Source: Bispira polyomma
Lineage: Eukaryota
Assembly: GCA_965649765.1 (NCBI GenBank)
Contig: OZ287752.1
Location: 71,858,001 to 71,922,000, forward strand
Length of the DNA stretch: 64,000 nucleotides
Direction: 5' to 3'
This document shows positions 11,259 through 24,788 of the stretch, piece by piece. The notes under the pieces were generated by a model. The model searched no databases. It worked only from the letters and a program-made list of their open reading frames with translations, and had not been told where the DNA came from. The translations under genes and the position numbers were made by a program. Numbering within the stretch: position 1 is the stretch's first letter; the number at the start of each line of letters is the position of its first letter.

Positions 11259-12393
11259 TTTTAAATAACTTATCACAGCTTATAAACACAATGACACATA
11301 GGGATCCTCTTTCTGCCACCAACACTCCAACAAATGAATTTAAATATGAAAATATTTACAAGTAAAATGATATGAGATAATTATAATACTAAAATAATTT
11401 AAAATCTATTTGCAATCTTATAAGTTGTTTTGACATTTGCCAATGTGCTGGAGAAGTAGCAGAAGTAGGGCCCCAAAATTGGAGACACAATTTTGAACAG
11501 CACTTCGTGTGGCAAATGAATTTTGATAATTTTACACAGAAAACAGGGGTTTTTATAGCCAGCAGCCAGTGTTGGCATGCATAAGCCCCTGAAAAGAGAA
11601 CATTAGTCATTAACTTATAAAGACCCCAGAGGGGAACTAAGGGGGTGGTTTATTCAGTGTCACTCCCAGGACTGACATCTAGTGCTGCCAACGCTCTAGC
11701 CCCCAATTGTAATAAAAGGTTATACAAATAACCGAGTGGTAAACATTTCATGTAAGGCCATATATTATTTTTGACACAAAATAGGATGCAAGTCTCATAT
11801 TTTTTGTCTTCAGATTGGAGATTTGATATATATGGTGTGAAGCATTATTCTATTAAAAGTTCTGATGTGTTAACATGCTTTGAAGTAAAGGTGAAGAGCC
11901 TTTTCAAAGGATTCCATTCATTGTTTAGCCTAAAGTATATCAATTTGTTATAGCAATAAATAATTTTTTTTCTGAAGAATGTCATAATTATTAGTCAGTA
12001 ACCATAAAACAGTTTTGTTTGTGTGATCTATCCATTATTATCTAATACTTAGTGACACCTACTGGGAAAAAAACACTTATGTTAGAACACAGGGGACCTG
12101 GTTTTTCTATTTAGAAATATTAAAAATCTATCTCTCTTCAAACTTCCTTACCTCCTTTCCTCTATATTTATTCCGGTGTACACCCACATTCTTTCTTACA
12201 ACATCTGGCTGTGTTTTTGGACTACATGATTGGTTTAACGATTCAGTTATTGTGCTTAAGAAGATGCCTCACACCAAAAAAGGATGTTAAAAATATATGT
12301 AATACAAAAAATATTACAGCTGCATTGTGACTTACATTAGCCATTGACAATTGCAGTCCCATCTATCATTGGGTCATATTCCCCACACCAGCA

Positions 12394-12600
12394 TTTAGTT
12401 GGTTTTGTTGCTTTCAAGATCTTGACGGCCAGATTCAATGGTGGAAGACACCAGTGCTGAATGCAATGTAAACCACTGACCTACAGCAAGTATCTAACAA
12501 ACTTTTGCAGATGAAGGAACGAAAGCGGTGCCATACCACATTGGTCAGAGGCCAGTGATAGTGAAGAAGGCGCTTCTAACCACTAGGCCACAGCCAATCC
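12394..12600 (-). mobile_element. tRNA-derived SINE, family 2 (Meta-domain-like centre)
   Basis: A-box gtggcctagtggttag on the minus strand; tacttgctgtaggtcagtggttt core; related pieces at ~27270-27410, 29590-29822, 35186-35270, 40020-40160, 48540-48625, 54497-54580 (-) and ~45820-46040, 59630-59855 (+). Confidence 0.75.
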
Positions 12601-13119
12601 CAAAACTTTAGGGAATATTGGTGGATGGTCATCCTGCACTATGTGTCTGCATTTATTGAAATGTCACTCGCTGGTGCTGCTTGTTTGCAAATGAGTTAAA
12701 GCAATCCAGAAGGGGCTATTTATGGTTTGAACTTAAACTTAAAAGGTAGAGGTGGCCCTAGCTTGGATGAAAAACATCTTTGAGCATTTGCATGGTGTAT
12801 GTCCAGTCATGTACAACATATAGTGGTAGTAAATAGTAGGGAACAAATAATAAAAACTAATCACCAGTGTGTCCTCATTTTCTGTGTTATGTTTTCCATA
12901 TATATCATCATTGTAAATTTGAATACTTAGCTTCTGGGAAACTGGATAATAATTTATTTTCCTTTTTTTTTTTTTTTTTTACTTCAATTAATCCTGCATT
13001 TCTTGTATTGACATAAAAGTGACATTAGAAGGCTTATAGGTTACGTGACATGGCGACAATAATTTTATATGGGACATGTTTTCTGAGATGAAAGAAAATA
13101 GCATTGAAGTATAAGTAAC

Positions 13120-13287
13120 CTCATACAAATTACACACAAGACTACAGTATTTTTTTTCAAACTCCTTCATTGATCTTATCAGTTGTGTGCTTGTGTGAAT
13201 ATATTTAGATTTATATCCACAATGAAATCTTTTGTCAAATGCAGACGACAACTGGTAATTTTGAACACGTATTACTTCCAAACATCC
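13120..13287 (-). other. Candidate host or pseudogene exon (CLEVIRVQNYQLSSAFDKRFHCGYKSKYIHTSTQLIRSMKEFEKKYCSLVCNLYE)
   Basis: Open frame within ORF 12988-13356, ttattag acceptor, weak GAG|gttact donor. No confident homology. Confidence 0.3.
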
Positions 13288-13589
13288 TAATAATATTATA
13301 TATATAACAGGGCAACATAAGAGTGTGTTAAATGGATGGAGCCAATTGAATGGCAACTAAGAGGCCATAAGTGGGGCAATATAAAGGACTTAACTTAATG
13401 TATAGATCATTCTACCATGGGTGGTATACTAATGGTATGATAGTTCTTTAACATACATTTGATTTAAGGTTAGTTTGTTAAATATAATATTATTAAGATT
13501 ATAGTGGTGTGAACTGTTCTGATATGTATGAGGTTTATTGTATCAATGTCCTTCTGAACTAAACTAGCTGATATATCCTGATTCCATAA

Positions 13590-15207
13590 TACCCCGTTCA
13601 CACTAAGACAGTATGGAGAAGTAGTATGATACGTTTTAAATATCGTTTTGTAGTGCGGGAACACTATTTATAACTTTCATTAAGTTCAACTTCCTTCCCG
13701 AACCTTTTACAGTCGGCCATGCGAGGTGTGTGTTTTGGGCACGGTAAAAAAATGTTGGTGAGGTGGAAAAAGTTAGAAAAAATCCTTGTGACTATTTCCA
13801 GGGGTATTTCTGTATCACTACTGTAACTCTTGCATGCCAGTAATCGTCTGTTTCCGTCTACAAACTATATATGGACAAGTTTCAGGGGGTATATTTCCCC
13901 TTAGATGGAACAGCCAATTAATTAGGCGGAAAGACTAGTTACAGTACGGATAGTACCTGCTTCACCATTTGCAGAATGGTGTAGCATATCTGCCTAGAGG
14001 TAGATTCTTCCGAAAACTAATGACAAACATTTTGAACAAATACTAAAAAATATTAAAAACTTCGGGTGAATTATGAATGCTTATTCTATGTTTGGAACAC
14101 ATTATTTTTTTTTTAGCTTTGTTAAATTTTTGTCGTGTACATATTGATAAACCAATAAAATCAACCACTACCATTGTTTTATTGGGAAAAAATATCATCT
14201 CCAGTAAAGTGTCTGAGAATTGGTTTTGTAGTATAACCCATAAAACATATTCTGTGGTAGAATAGAAAAAAAACCACCTCTTATGAAAAGTAGTATCTCT
14301 TGTTCCAAGCCATAAATATCTTGCAAACTATAAAACACTGGATGCAACGATATTCTAGAAGCAATCCAGAAAAAACACAAATATGAAGAGGTGTTAAAAG
14401 ACTTAAATGTCATGACATCATCAAAACCAATGGAAATCATTGATATAAAACAATATTTCGCCTCTTTACCTGTATGGCCACATCGGCCAGGTTACCATCT
14501 TATCTAATTTAACTTTTATAGTGCTTAATCTCCATTCTTGCACATTTTAAATCCATGGTAACACTTGGCATGTTTGTGTTTACATTCGTTTCGGTTTTCT
14601 AAAAAAAAAGAAACGAAGCAAACAAAATTAAAGAAAGTGAAATTTAAGAAATAAATTTTAAAAAAATCAGTGCATGGGTCGTTTTGTACATGTTCCGTAC
14701 ACGTTTTTACACACATTCAGCATATTTTAATAGCCGTTTCAATTACTTTGTTACTGTTAGCCAAATTTCTAAATACCTTAGCCGTTTCTTAATATGTTAT
14801 CCAACTTTCTAAACAAGTTTCAGTTTTGTTCTCTCTGGTCACCCTCGCTTTAAATAGTTTGCTTACGCTTTATCCACATCTTTCACGTTTCTGGTTATTA
14901 TTAGTAGAGTACATAAGTATTATTAGTATATCTTACTGCCGTCCCTTAGGTTATATACGCATTAAAGACATGTAAGACATTTCCAACGACTGCACCAGCA
15001 GATTTAGTGGAGATCGGCGATCATCGAAAACGGCCAAACGAATTTACATTTGTGCAGCAAGAAATGATGAGATTAAGGAATCATCTTACCCACGCATGCT
15101 TATGTTTACTTAAGCACACTAGGTCCATTACAATAATAATTACGTTTCTCCTTATGCTTGCAAGTTTTAGCCATAATCCAAACATAAGCCCAGTATGACC
15201 AGGGGCT
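13590..15207. mobile_element. Non-autonomous Harbinger-like DNA transposon (composite)
   Basis: Imperfect TIRs ccccgttcacact / agtatgaccagggg flanked by taa/tta. The left part (ccttcccgaacctt..cagtaatcgtct..agatggaacagc..agttacagta) recurs at ~58140-58525. Confidence 0.45.
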
Positions 15208-15325
15208 TACGGTGCATGAGACAGGAAAATCATTTTTATAATTTTTGTATAGTCATTGCACTTACAGGGGTCATAAATGTAGAGATGTAAGAAATGTTAA
15301 GGTAGGCTAAGGTGGAAAAGCCTTA

Positions 15326-15497
15326 CTGAATAGGTAGGTTTCACTTCCAGAACAAGGAACTGTTTTACCACAACAAAAAGACCAAGTTTTCTTCCGTTGT
15401 TTCGTGGCTTTGTAGCTACTGGTGACAGAGCATTTGCAAAACTTGACAAATCTGACACGGCACCAATAACATGAAAACTATCATCTTTACATTTAGT
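15326..15497 (-). other. Candidate exon (TKCKDDSFHVIGAVSDLSSFANALSPVATKPRNNGRKLGLFVVVKQFLVLEVKPTYS)
   Basis: Open frame between an acag| acceptor and a |gtaagg donor. No recognised homology. Confidence 0.3.
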
Positions 15498-16599
15498 CTG
15501 TGGTTGTATTGATTTATTCAATAGCCATACACTATTTTGCTATAACCTATGGTCAACTTAAACACACTTGTTTAAATAAATGTCATTATTGGAAAATATT
15601 TCCGAATATTTTTCCCGTGGAATTAAACATAGTAAACGTGCTGTGTCAGATTTGTGGATTGTTGCTTATGGTAACCACTCTATTCCTCGCCATGCGATAC
15701 ATCAGTAAAAATCAAAGCATCATCGAGGACAGAAATCTATTGTCTAAATAACCGGGAAGGTGTACATGACATAAAAGTTTTTTTCATGGCGTACATGGAA
15801 TCACATATTTCGGATTCTTTATGACATCCTTATTACTTAGTTCGGCACTTTTTAATAGCAATAAAGATATTCATGTGTTTTAGAGATGATTTCTGAAAAC
15901 CCCTCTTTCACACTTTACAATACATGAATGACTTGCCTTCAAAGAGAGCCATTAATAGTGAAGAGGCCATTCTTTTCTTGGGGAATTATGGGACGTTTGT
16001 CTGAAGCACTTGATGTCACTGGATCATTTGTGGGTGTTTTTTAGATTATTAGACTGGACTCCGCTTTTGTACATTTGATATTTTGGAGCCATCCAGAAAA
16101 GAAAGTTGATATGGAAGAAAAAAATTTTTTTGTGTGTGTGTGATTATTTGGTAAATATATATCCGATATATGTAAATCTTTAATATTGAAACAACCTTTA
16201 TTTATATTGTATCCACAATATATCCATATGTATCACAGGTTGGTATATATATATATCCCGTCTTTTTATCCTGAAATGTTTTTTATTCGGAAAAAGGTTC
16301 GACCTTTATTTAAAAGGGTGCTACCATGTTAGAAAAAATATGATGCATTGGGTGGGAAGCAACAGACCCGTCCAAACAGAGGGATATCAGATTTGCCTCA
16401 GCATATATAGTGGCCATATCAACGTTAATGTAATTACACTACGGTAGTATGTATTACTATTCACAAATAATACATACATGTACTGTCATTTCTGTAATAA
16501 CGCAGCCAGGGATTTGCATTTTGCATAAGGAGTGGGGCGCTATATTATTTAAAAAAAAAAAAAAATCTTACATGTAGCTGTGTAACTTTGTTAAAGATA

Positions 16600-16960
16600 C
16601 ATAGTTATATTTATAACTCAACAGCCCCCCTACCTCGGTTCCCTTCTCTCTTTCAGTAATCTAAAGAGAGGCAACATACTCTTCGTTTCTTAGCTTGGAC
16701 CGAGCAGGAAGGCGGGATCCAGATCTTTCTCCATTGCAGCTCCCCTGTTATGGAACAGTCTCCCAGTTGACCTCAGATGAGTAGATACACTCAGGCAAAA
16801 GGTCAAATTCTATATTTTTAACCTTGCTACCCAGCTTAGTTTCACTCCTGTATGCCCTCACTTCGTTCCTTACGACCTTGCTAAGTCCATGGACTTCACG
16901 ATTGAATTACTGATGCAGCTCTTGCGCTATAGAAGATACCTAGTATCAATTAAGCGTGTT
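16600..16960 (+). mobile_element. L2-like LINE 3' end
   Basis: Shares ggatccaga..tttctc.attgcag, tctcccagttg.cctcagat, acgaccttgct..gtccatggact and the ttgcgct tail with 17540-17980. Confidence 0.7.
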
Positions 16961-17539
16961 TAAAAATGTATAATAGTAACAATAAAACAACTACCTAAAG
17001 AATGTATGGATACTTAGAGGCACACTATCATGTTCCTATGTTTTATTGGTCTGTACCTGTACATGCTGATTTGTATTATCATACAATTATCTAACACAGG
17101 TTAACATGTTCAATACTGCCTGAAGGAGAGATGTAACAGTTTTGCAATCCATTTTAGTGTTGTATATTCTACCTGCTAAATATTGGCATTTCATTGAATT
17201 AATTCTCATTGGAAATAGGAGACACAGTGAGCTATTAAAATCATTATTCCCAATTTACCGTCCGGGTAAAGATATATTACCAAAAATATCTGTACCAAAC
17301 CAAAAACCTAGGTGTCACTTTTTAATCCGCCTTACCCTTTGACACTCATATTAGCGATATCTGCCACTCCTGCTGTTACCACATTCATGACATCAAAAGA
17401 ATCAAAAACCACTCGTCACTTATATATGGCAAATGTCTTTGTTAGTAGTCATCATGACAACTGCAACTGCTTCTGGTTTAGAGTAACCAAGTCATAGATT
17501 TAAAAGCTATAGTCCATTGAAAACTGTCTATGCAGGTTT

Positions 17540-17980
17540 TTTTTTGTCTGGGCTCTCACACCGATGTCATTCTACACTAGCTTCCCATTCACTAAAGAAT
17601 TTTGTTAAAAATGCATGTCACCACATTCAAGGCTGTAGTCAATCAAGAGCCCTCCTACCTTACTTCCTTTCTCTCTTCTAGTAACCTAAAGAGAGGAAAT
17701 AGACATTCTGTTTCGTCCGTTAAAGCCACCAGCAAGGCTGGATCCAGAGCTTTCTCTATTGCAGTCACCTTTTTATGTAACCGTCTCCCAGTTGGCCTCA
17801 GATCACAAGAAACACTCATCGGTTTCAGGAAAAAGTTAAAAACCTATATTTTAGCCTTGCTCACTCACCTTAGTTCCCTCCTGTACACCGTTACATTTTT
17901 CCTAACGACCTTGCTCTGTCCATGGACTACACAATTGGCACACTGATTTTGTTGTTGCGCTTTAGATTATGTCTAGCGTT
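17540..17980 (+). mobile_element. L2-like LINE 3' end
   Basis: ORF 17602-17946 contains AGSRAFSIAVTFLCNRLPVGLRSQETLIGFRKKLKTY, the GxRAFSxAAPxLWNxLP...FKxxLKT C-terminus of L2-group ORF2. Confidence 0.8.
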
Positions 17981-20889
17981 TTAGAGTTTTGAAGAGTTTC
18001 TTTTACACATGAACCACGGCTATGATATTTTAGATTATTGTATAGATCTTATTTCATAGTCAACCATTGAAAAGTTTAACATAATAATCGCACATGTCCT
18101 ACTGTATGGAATGGTTTACCTCAACACATTAGGACAGCTCCGTCCCAGTATTCCTTCCGGCGCAGTTTAAAGACCGATCTGTTCAATGATGCATTCCCTC
18201 CATAGGCTCTTTCCTGTTCTCGGTGGATGTATTGATGACAACTTCCTTCTGTCAATCACCAGTGATTTTTGGCCCTGGCTGTGCTTTTTGCGCCTTAGAA
18301 TTCGTTAGAACAAAAAAAAGTGCCAAAAAAGTCTGATATATTATTATTATTATTATTATACATGTATTATATGGATTTCATAATCTTCGAGAGGAAAAAA
18401 TACTTTTTGTGCAATAGAAAGCCAAAAAGCATGAGCAAAATGAAAACATCTGAAGCAATATTCACAGAAACGTCTTGTTCATAACTCAGACTTAAACTGA
18501 AAGTTATTTCTCTAATAAACTTATTTAAGTTTGTCTTAATCTTATAATAGTAAAAACATCATATTAGCCCTCAAAGCTTAATGTTGAACCAAGGACCATT
18601 TACCAAAAGCTTTCTGTTTTTGTAAGGAACCCAGACTAAAACTTTAGATTTGAGACTCTAAGCTAAGACTTAAAGTGAATGCCACCACTAGGTGTATTTA
18701 AGATTTTAGTACTGATATTAAACTAATTCAGGAATTCAAGGAAACCACTGATGCTAAATTATATATTATTTACCCTGTATAATTCCTCTTCATTGCTTTA
18801 GAAGCTTAGCCCTTATCATATTGAAGGCTAAGTTTATTATATTCTTTGTCTTTTCTCTTTTTTGGGGCTGTACAAAAAATATTAATGGCTACTGGTACAT
18901 AAATCTCCATTTCTGACAAGAAGAGTTACATTATTAATCATGCGTCTTGTGCCAAGGAGCAAAGTAGTTCTAAAGGAAGGGAGTGTTTGCTAGGGCTTCT
19001 CAGGGATTGGTTGGCAACCCAGGTGGCTACTAGAGAAACTATTAACTCCAGGATCTTCATTGCTGATCATTTATTACAAAACCCTGGCTATTAATTAGAG
19101 CTTAAGTTGTAACACCGAAAGTACTCTCACTAACCAGTTGTCACGAGCTGATAATGATGTATCAGTGTGAAACACCCTAAGATGCTTGCCTTATCTAGGG
19201 ACAACATGGTAGTGTCTTTGTAAAGTTAGATGTAATTGTTTTAAAGTTTTTTGGGATATAGTTCGGGTTGGGTAAGGAAGAGAGGTCGCCTTTCAAGTGT
19301 ACTAAAGTAATAATGAAGCAGACAGTCTTACAAATACCTCCTGCTATCATCGACTCACGATATTCCCCTACACCAATCGGAGCTCATCATTAATATTCTG
19401 TTCACAAGCTGATGCATTGAGTTACTTCCTTACTACAAATGGTGTATTGGTGAATCATGAATCCTGAGATATACAAAATATATACTATGCATCCACATAA
19501 GGACAAACAATTATTATTTTAAAACACTTTCATAAAAAACATATAAACCATTCAGTTTCTGCAGACAAACCTTTCAAATTATTTAACATTATAATAAGTA
19601 TCCTATAGAATGCCAAGCTCTTCAAAATAAATGTATCTTTCTATGAGAATTTCCCTATAAATACTAAGAAAAACAAAAACAAAAAAGACTAGAACATTTG
19701 TATCAGATACATGTTTTCATTTCACGACAACTGATTTAATTTTTTTTCTTTTTGTGACATAATAATTTGAAGAGTTGTTACACAATAAGGGGCGTGTGAA
19801 CGGGCACAAGTGTTTGACGAATTGCCCCACTACTTAAAGCCCCTCACAGGGACAATTCACTGTGTCTACGACTGCTATACTACTCCAATTCCACTGCTGT
19901 CAATTGCCTAGAAACAAGTACGATCTCCAAACACTCCACCGTCTGTCGCGTGGACGTGCAGCCTCGTTGTGGTATATCAAAAATAAAATAGAAAAAAAGG
20001 CGGATCACTCAATATCGATCATTTAGTACCTACTTCAACATCCTTTAACTTCAACTGCAAAACAAGAAGTGCGGATGTTTTTTAACAATTTTTTTTAATT
20101 GAAGTGGACACACACTGCATATGCCATAAAATGATATCAAATTACATTGGCATTTAACACAATATCAGTTGTATGAATTTATAAAGAGGCATATTAATGT
20201 GCAAGTAAATGTTTTTCTGCCAAAATCGTGGTTTTCTCTTCAATCTCAGATCCATCTTTAGTTCATTCCCACCCCCAAAAGACTTCAATGTATTGGCAAT
20301 TTAAGTGAACCCTTATAGGATGTTTCCAAGCAGGTAATTTTTTGAGGCGATCAGCCCATGGCTGAAGGCACTTTTCACTAATTTTGAAGTATCAGTTTCT
20401 ATGTGGCCAACACCAAAAGAAGTCAAGCAATGCATGGCAATTTTTTCACTCCTTGTAGCGAAAACATAAAAATTGCTTATTGCCGACATGGAAACGTATA
20501 CCTAAGACACAGATTATCTGAGAAAGATTTCTCATCTCCCCCACTAAATCCCTTTCTAAGTCATCTGCAAGAGCACTTAACTGCCATGTAATGCCACACC
20601 AGCTATACACACTTGACCTCTCTGGCTTTATTAAAAACAATAATATATTCCAATTGGCAGCCAAAAACTGTATTGTATCTGTAATTTGGGAAGAGTCAAA
20701 CAAAAGATTTTGAACGCATGGGATTATGTATTGAGAAATAACCCTCGTGTTAACATTACAACTATTAAGTATATGCCTTTGTTTTAAAATAGAAAGTAGC
20801 CTTGCTTCAGGCTCAAATTTGTCTCAAAATTTCTCATTTGATTTGAAACAAATTTGAAGATTTATACAATTAATTTATATTGTATTATT

Positions 20890-21240
20890 TTTTTATGGCG
20901 CCTTATTGAGCATCTTTTATAAAGTGCAACAACAGCAAAAATAGCAGCCAGGTCATAAGGAAATATGTGGGGGTGTCCGGGAAGGGAATTAAAGAGTGAG
21001 TTTGAAGAGATAGGTTTCAAGTTTTCTCCTAAACCCAGAAAGTGTTTTTAGTAGTCTAAGCTCAACTCAGGGACAATTCCATAACATAGATGCAGCAATT
21101 AGGAAAGTTCTGGAAAATCCAGCCCTCTTGGTAGGTTTTATAGAGGAAACAGAAAGTCTATTTTCCCTCTTAATGTTGCTGAAGCCCAGATGAGTAGCCA
21201 AGTTGGATGCTTGTTGAGAGATAGCAGCTTTGATAGTGGT
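20890..21240 (-). mobile_element. L2-like LINE 3' end
   Basis: Reverse complement resembles 17600-17860. Similar pieces at ~31770-32040 (+) and ~63880-64000 (-). Confidence 0.6.
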
Positions 21241-22249
21241 GATATGGCTTTAATGACGTCACAAATGACGTTTGTGCTACTACTTATTATCTCACAAATT
21301 AAAACATATATTTACTTTTGATGTTAACAGCACTGTACCACACATATTGTATTACTGTGTGCTGAGGGAGCTTTAAAATAGTATTATATACCATCAACCA
21401 CACTGTTGTAAATCAGAAGAAAAAACTTGCTTATTTTAATCTATCGTCATAGGTTGCTTTCAACAAGTAATATTTCAAATAATCATTTAAATTAATAAAA
21501 TATGGATGTGATTTAAATGACAACACCTCATCTCTCAAATGATTGTACTATTGAAATTAAATCTTTAAACTAAATGCTCTGGTCTGCTGAAGCATTTAGT
21601 TAGAAAGAATAAACTCTTATTTCACGCCTCCAAATCGGAGCCTTAGGAAAGGCTATGATAGAGAAACTATTTGTTTAGAAGCCTAATAATATTGAATGGG
21701 GAGAAACTAGTACTTTAAGCCTATGCTTCCATGTACCAGATATATAGTGACCAACATGGGCATATATCTCAATACTTACGATGTAGCCATTTCTAAGTGT
21801 CAGATCACATGTCAACAGAAGCTTCAAATAGTTTGCTTCTGACAGGCAATGAAAAAATATGCACATTTGGCAGGATTTCTGGAAGTTTTTGCGGGATATA
21901 TACTGTTTTAGAAAATAATCGTTAAAACAATTATTATCAATTGGTATAAACAAAACCATTGGCTTTTTGGATCAGTCTAACCACATAGTGTGTAATCATC
22001 AAATTCAATTGGTGGTTATAACTTTGTGTATCAGAAATGTGAAGAAAACAGAAATTTTGTGCACTTACTAGTAAATTTTAAACAATATAGGTATAGTTAT
22101 TGTTAAACTACTATTTTAATAAGAACAATAGTGACTAGTAAAGCCCATTATGGGCTGGATATTACCTTAATTGATTCCAATAAAATGTGACACACAGAAA
22201 AGACATATTTTGATCAGGTTAAACAAAAGTAGCTTATTTAATGAGCACA

Positions 22250-22515
22250 TATAACAGTTAGAGTGTAAGACTTCGGATTTGAAAGATCTAAGGGTCCTGG
22301 TTTGATCCTTGCTGCTGGCCTGGTAATTGTACCCTTAGACAAGTTACTTTACACAAAATTTGTCCCTCTCTACTCAGGTGTATAAATGGGTACCTGGCCA
22401 CTAATGAGTGTTAGTCTTGGATGCACTGTATGTGGCGGCATATCTAGTTTGCTTCCTGAGGGAGCGGAGACTGAACAATTGGTTGACAAGTGGAAGAACT
22501 ATGCAGGTTTAGGTG
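22250..22515 (+). mobile_element. tRNA-derived SINE, family 3 (CORE/Deu-Nin-like)
   Basis: B-box ggtttgatcc, core cccttagacaagttactttacac, ctctactcaggtgtataaatgggtacctg; homologous copy at 33845-34120 (-). Confidence 0.7.
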
Positions 22516-23239
22516 ATAATGTCAAAGGGCAATAAGATAACATTGATGTTCAAAACTGCGCTGTATCAAATTAATAATTATTTTTATTATTATATAAAAT
22601 CCGTCAGGATCGGGGACATGAAAGCTGAGGCTATAAGAGATATAACCCGAAACCAATCCTTGAGTTTGACATTTCGAGATTTGAGTTTGTCTCCGATTAA
22701 TATTCTTGAGAGTGTCCATTGATGAAACCCCTGTGTAACTCAATAGTAATATAGTGTGGGCACAAACTTATATAAATTCACTCAACTTCTGTGTGTGACA
22801 TTTGTAGAGATTTAGGGACGTTAGAATCTAAACAAAACCAGATACTGAGGTGATGTTTAGACAAAGGTTTTGTGGGACTCTAGAGTGGGCCATTCACAAT
22901 GTCACGGCTCTTGTTACACACAATCTGTGTGTGTGTATATATATTTGTCACAAGAGTGTCTGTATAGTGGCTCAACATCTAATAATACCCAAGTCAGGTT
23001 GTTGGTGGCGCCACCTAGCGAACTCCTAAAGATAATATAGATTTATGTATTACCATTACCAATGGAAATTGGTGGATTTATACTGTTGGTATGTCTTATC
23101 GCTAAAAGGTATCGCAGATTAACTATAGAGGAGCGTATGTATACCTTTATGTAGTTGGTTTATTTATTATAGTGACATGTACATATTAACACACAATAGC
23201 ATATAGTAAAAAAAATAAACATTTCACACAGGCTTTTAT

Positions 23240-23462
23240 TGGTTCCAGGTTACTTCTGGGAATAAAGCAAGGGGATAATTTGTCACGTATGTTATTTTCT
23301 ATTCACATAAATGACATTGTAAAAGCCTTAAAAGAACTAAATATTGGTATTAATGTTGATGGGTATAAAGTGTGGTCTCTGTTATATGCAGATGATCTAG
23401 TTTTAATTGCGGATAATAAACAAGACTTGCAGACCCTTCTCGATACAATTTATAATTTGTGA
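23240..23462 (+). mobile_element. Non-LTR retrotransposon RT fragment (RTE-X-like)
   Basis: GIKQGDNLSRMLFSIHINDI...LLYADDLVLIA, i.e. RT QG and YADD motifs. Confidence 0.85.
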
Positions 23463-23864
23463 ACAAACATGAACAGAACGTGTACAAAATGATCCATACA
23501 TTGACTTTTTGTTATGTTTCGTTTTCACTTTGTGACATGCCTGCAAAACTTATGTCATTATGACGTAAGCTGTGACGTGCTATTACAGCAGAAAGAGATG
23601 TCAAAATAAATTAATATAAAGCTTAAGGAGAGGAGATAACATCAGAATTTTCGTTTCGAGAGCCAGAATTTTCCATTAATACCAATATTTTTTTGGTGAA
23701 CTGACATAGCAGGACACATGCATTGCCCTGCTTATCATATTTATACCATATTATCAAACTTACTATTGGCTAAATCAAGAACTAGATACATAATGTCATC
23801 ATGTAAGACTAATAACTTCAAAACCGATGAAGTAGACAGGCCAATCTCAATTTGGTCTCTTAGG

Positions 23865-24788
23865 TTTTTGTACATACACATTCTGTATAGGTGGTTTTCT
23901 ATAACTGTACATACACATTCTCTATAGTTTTTTTTTCTATACTTGTACATACACATTCTGTATAGGTTTTTTTCTATAACTGTACATACACATTCTGTAT
24001 AGGTTTTTTTGTACAACTGTACATACACATTCTGTATAGGTTTTTTTCTATAACTGTACATACACATTCTGTATAGGTTTTTTTGTACAACTGTACATAC
24101 ACATTCTGTATAGGTTTTTTTCTATAACTGTACATACACATTCTGTATAGGTTTTTTTTATAACTGTACATACACATTCTCTATAGTTTTTTCTATACTT
24201 GTACATACACATTCTGTATAGGTTTTTTCTATAACTGTACATACACATTCTGTATAGGTTTTTCTATAACTGTACATACACATTCTCTATAGGGTTTTTT
24301 CTATAACCGTACATACACATTCTGTATAGGTTTTTTTCTATTACTGTACATACACATTCTGTATAGGTTTTTTTTATAACTGTACATACACATTCTGTAT
24401 AGGTTTTTTCTATAACTGTACATACACATTCTGTATAGGTTTTTTTCTATAACTGTACATACACATTCTGTATAGGTTTTTTTCTATAACTGTACATACA
24501 CATTCTGTATTGGTTTTTTTTCTATAACTGTACATACACATTCTGTATTGGTTTTTTTCTATAACTGTACATACACATTCTGTATAGCTTTTTTCTATAA
24601 CTGTACATACACATTCTGTATAGGTTTTTTCTATAACTGTACATACACATTCTGCATAGGTTTTTTTCTATAACTATACATGTACATTCTGTATATTTTT
24701 TTTTTCTATAACTGTACATACACATTTTGTATAGGTTTGTTTCTATAACTGTACATACACATTCTGCATAGGTTTTTTTCTATAACTG
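23865..24788 (+). repeat. Minisatellite, ~25 copies of a 35-39 bp unit (T)n-ctataactgtacatacacattctgtatagg
   Basis: Head-to-tail array with no unique spacers; length variation is mostly in the T-run. Confidence 0.97.

Larger units (their letters stand above)
6181..11750 (-). mobile_element. Tyrosine-recombinase retrotransposon (DIRS order, Ngaro/PAT-like), near full length, inactivated by a few point lesions
   Basis: gag, RT/RNase H and YR in order on the minus strand. Inferred ends TGAAATGTTT (11750) and TTGTTTCTCA (6181); AATAAA at 6235-6230; no true TSD, only a TG shared at both junctions. Ends are inferred from one copy. Confidence 0.9.

Noticed and set aside
19776-20040. Possible solo LTR (TGTTA...CAACA, CpG-rich); similar hints at ~18985, ~32920, ~36860
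   Set aside because: No matching TSD or second copy in the window, so boundaries cannot be supported.
23865-24788. CRISPR-like array and repetitive ORFs (MCMYSYRKK...)
   Set aside because: No unique spacers, no cas genes, eukaryotic context; the ORFs are translations of the tandem repeat.
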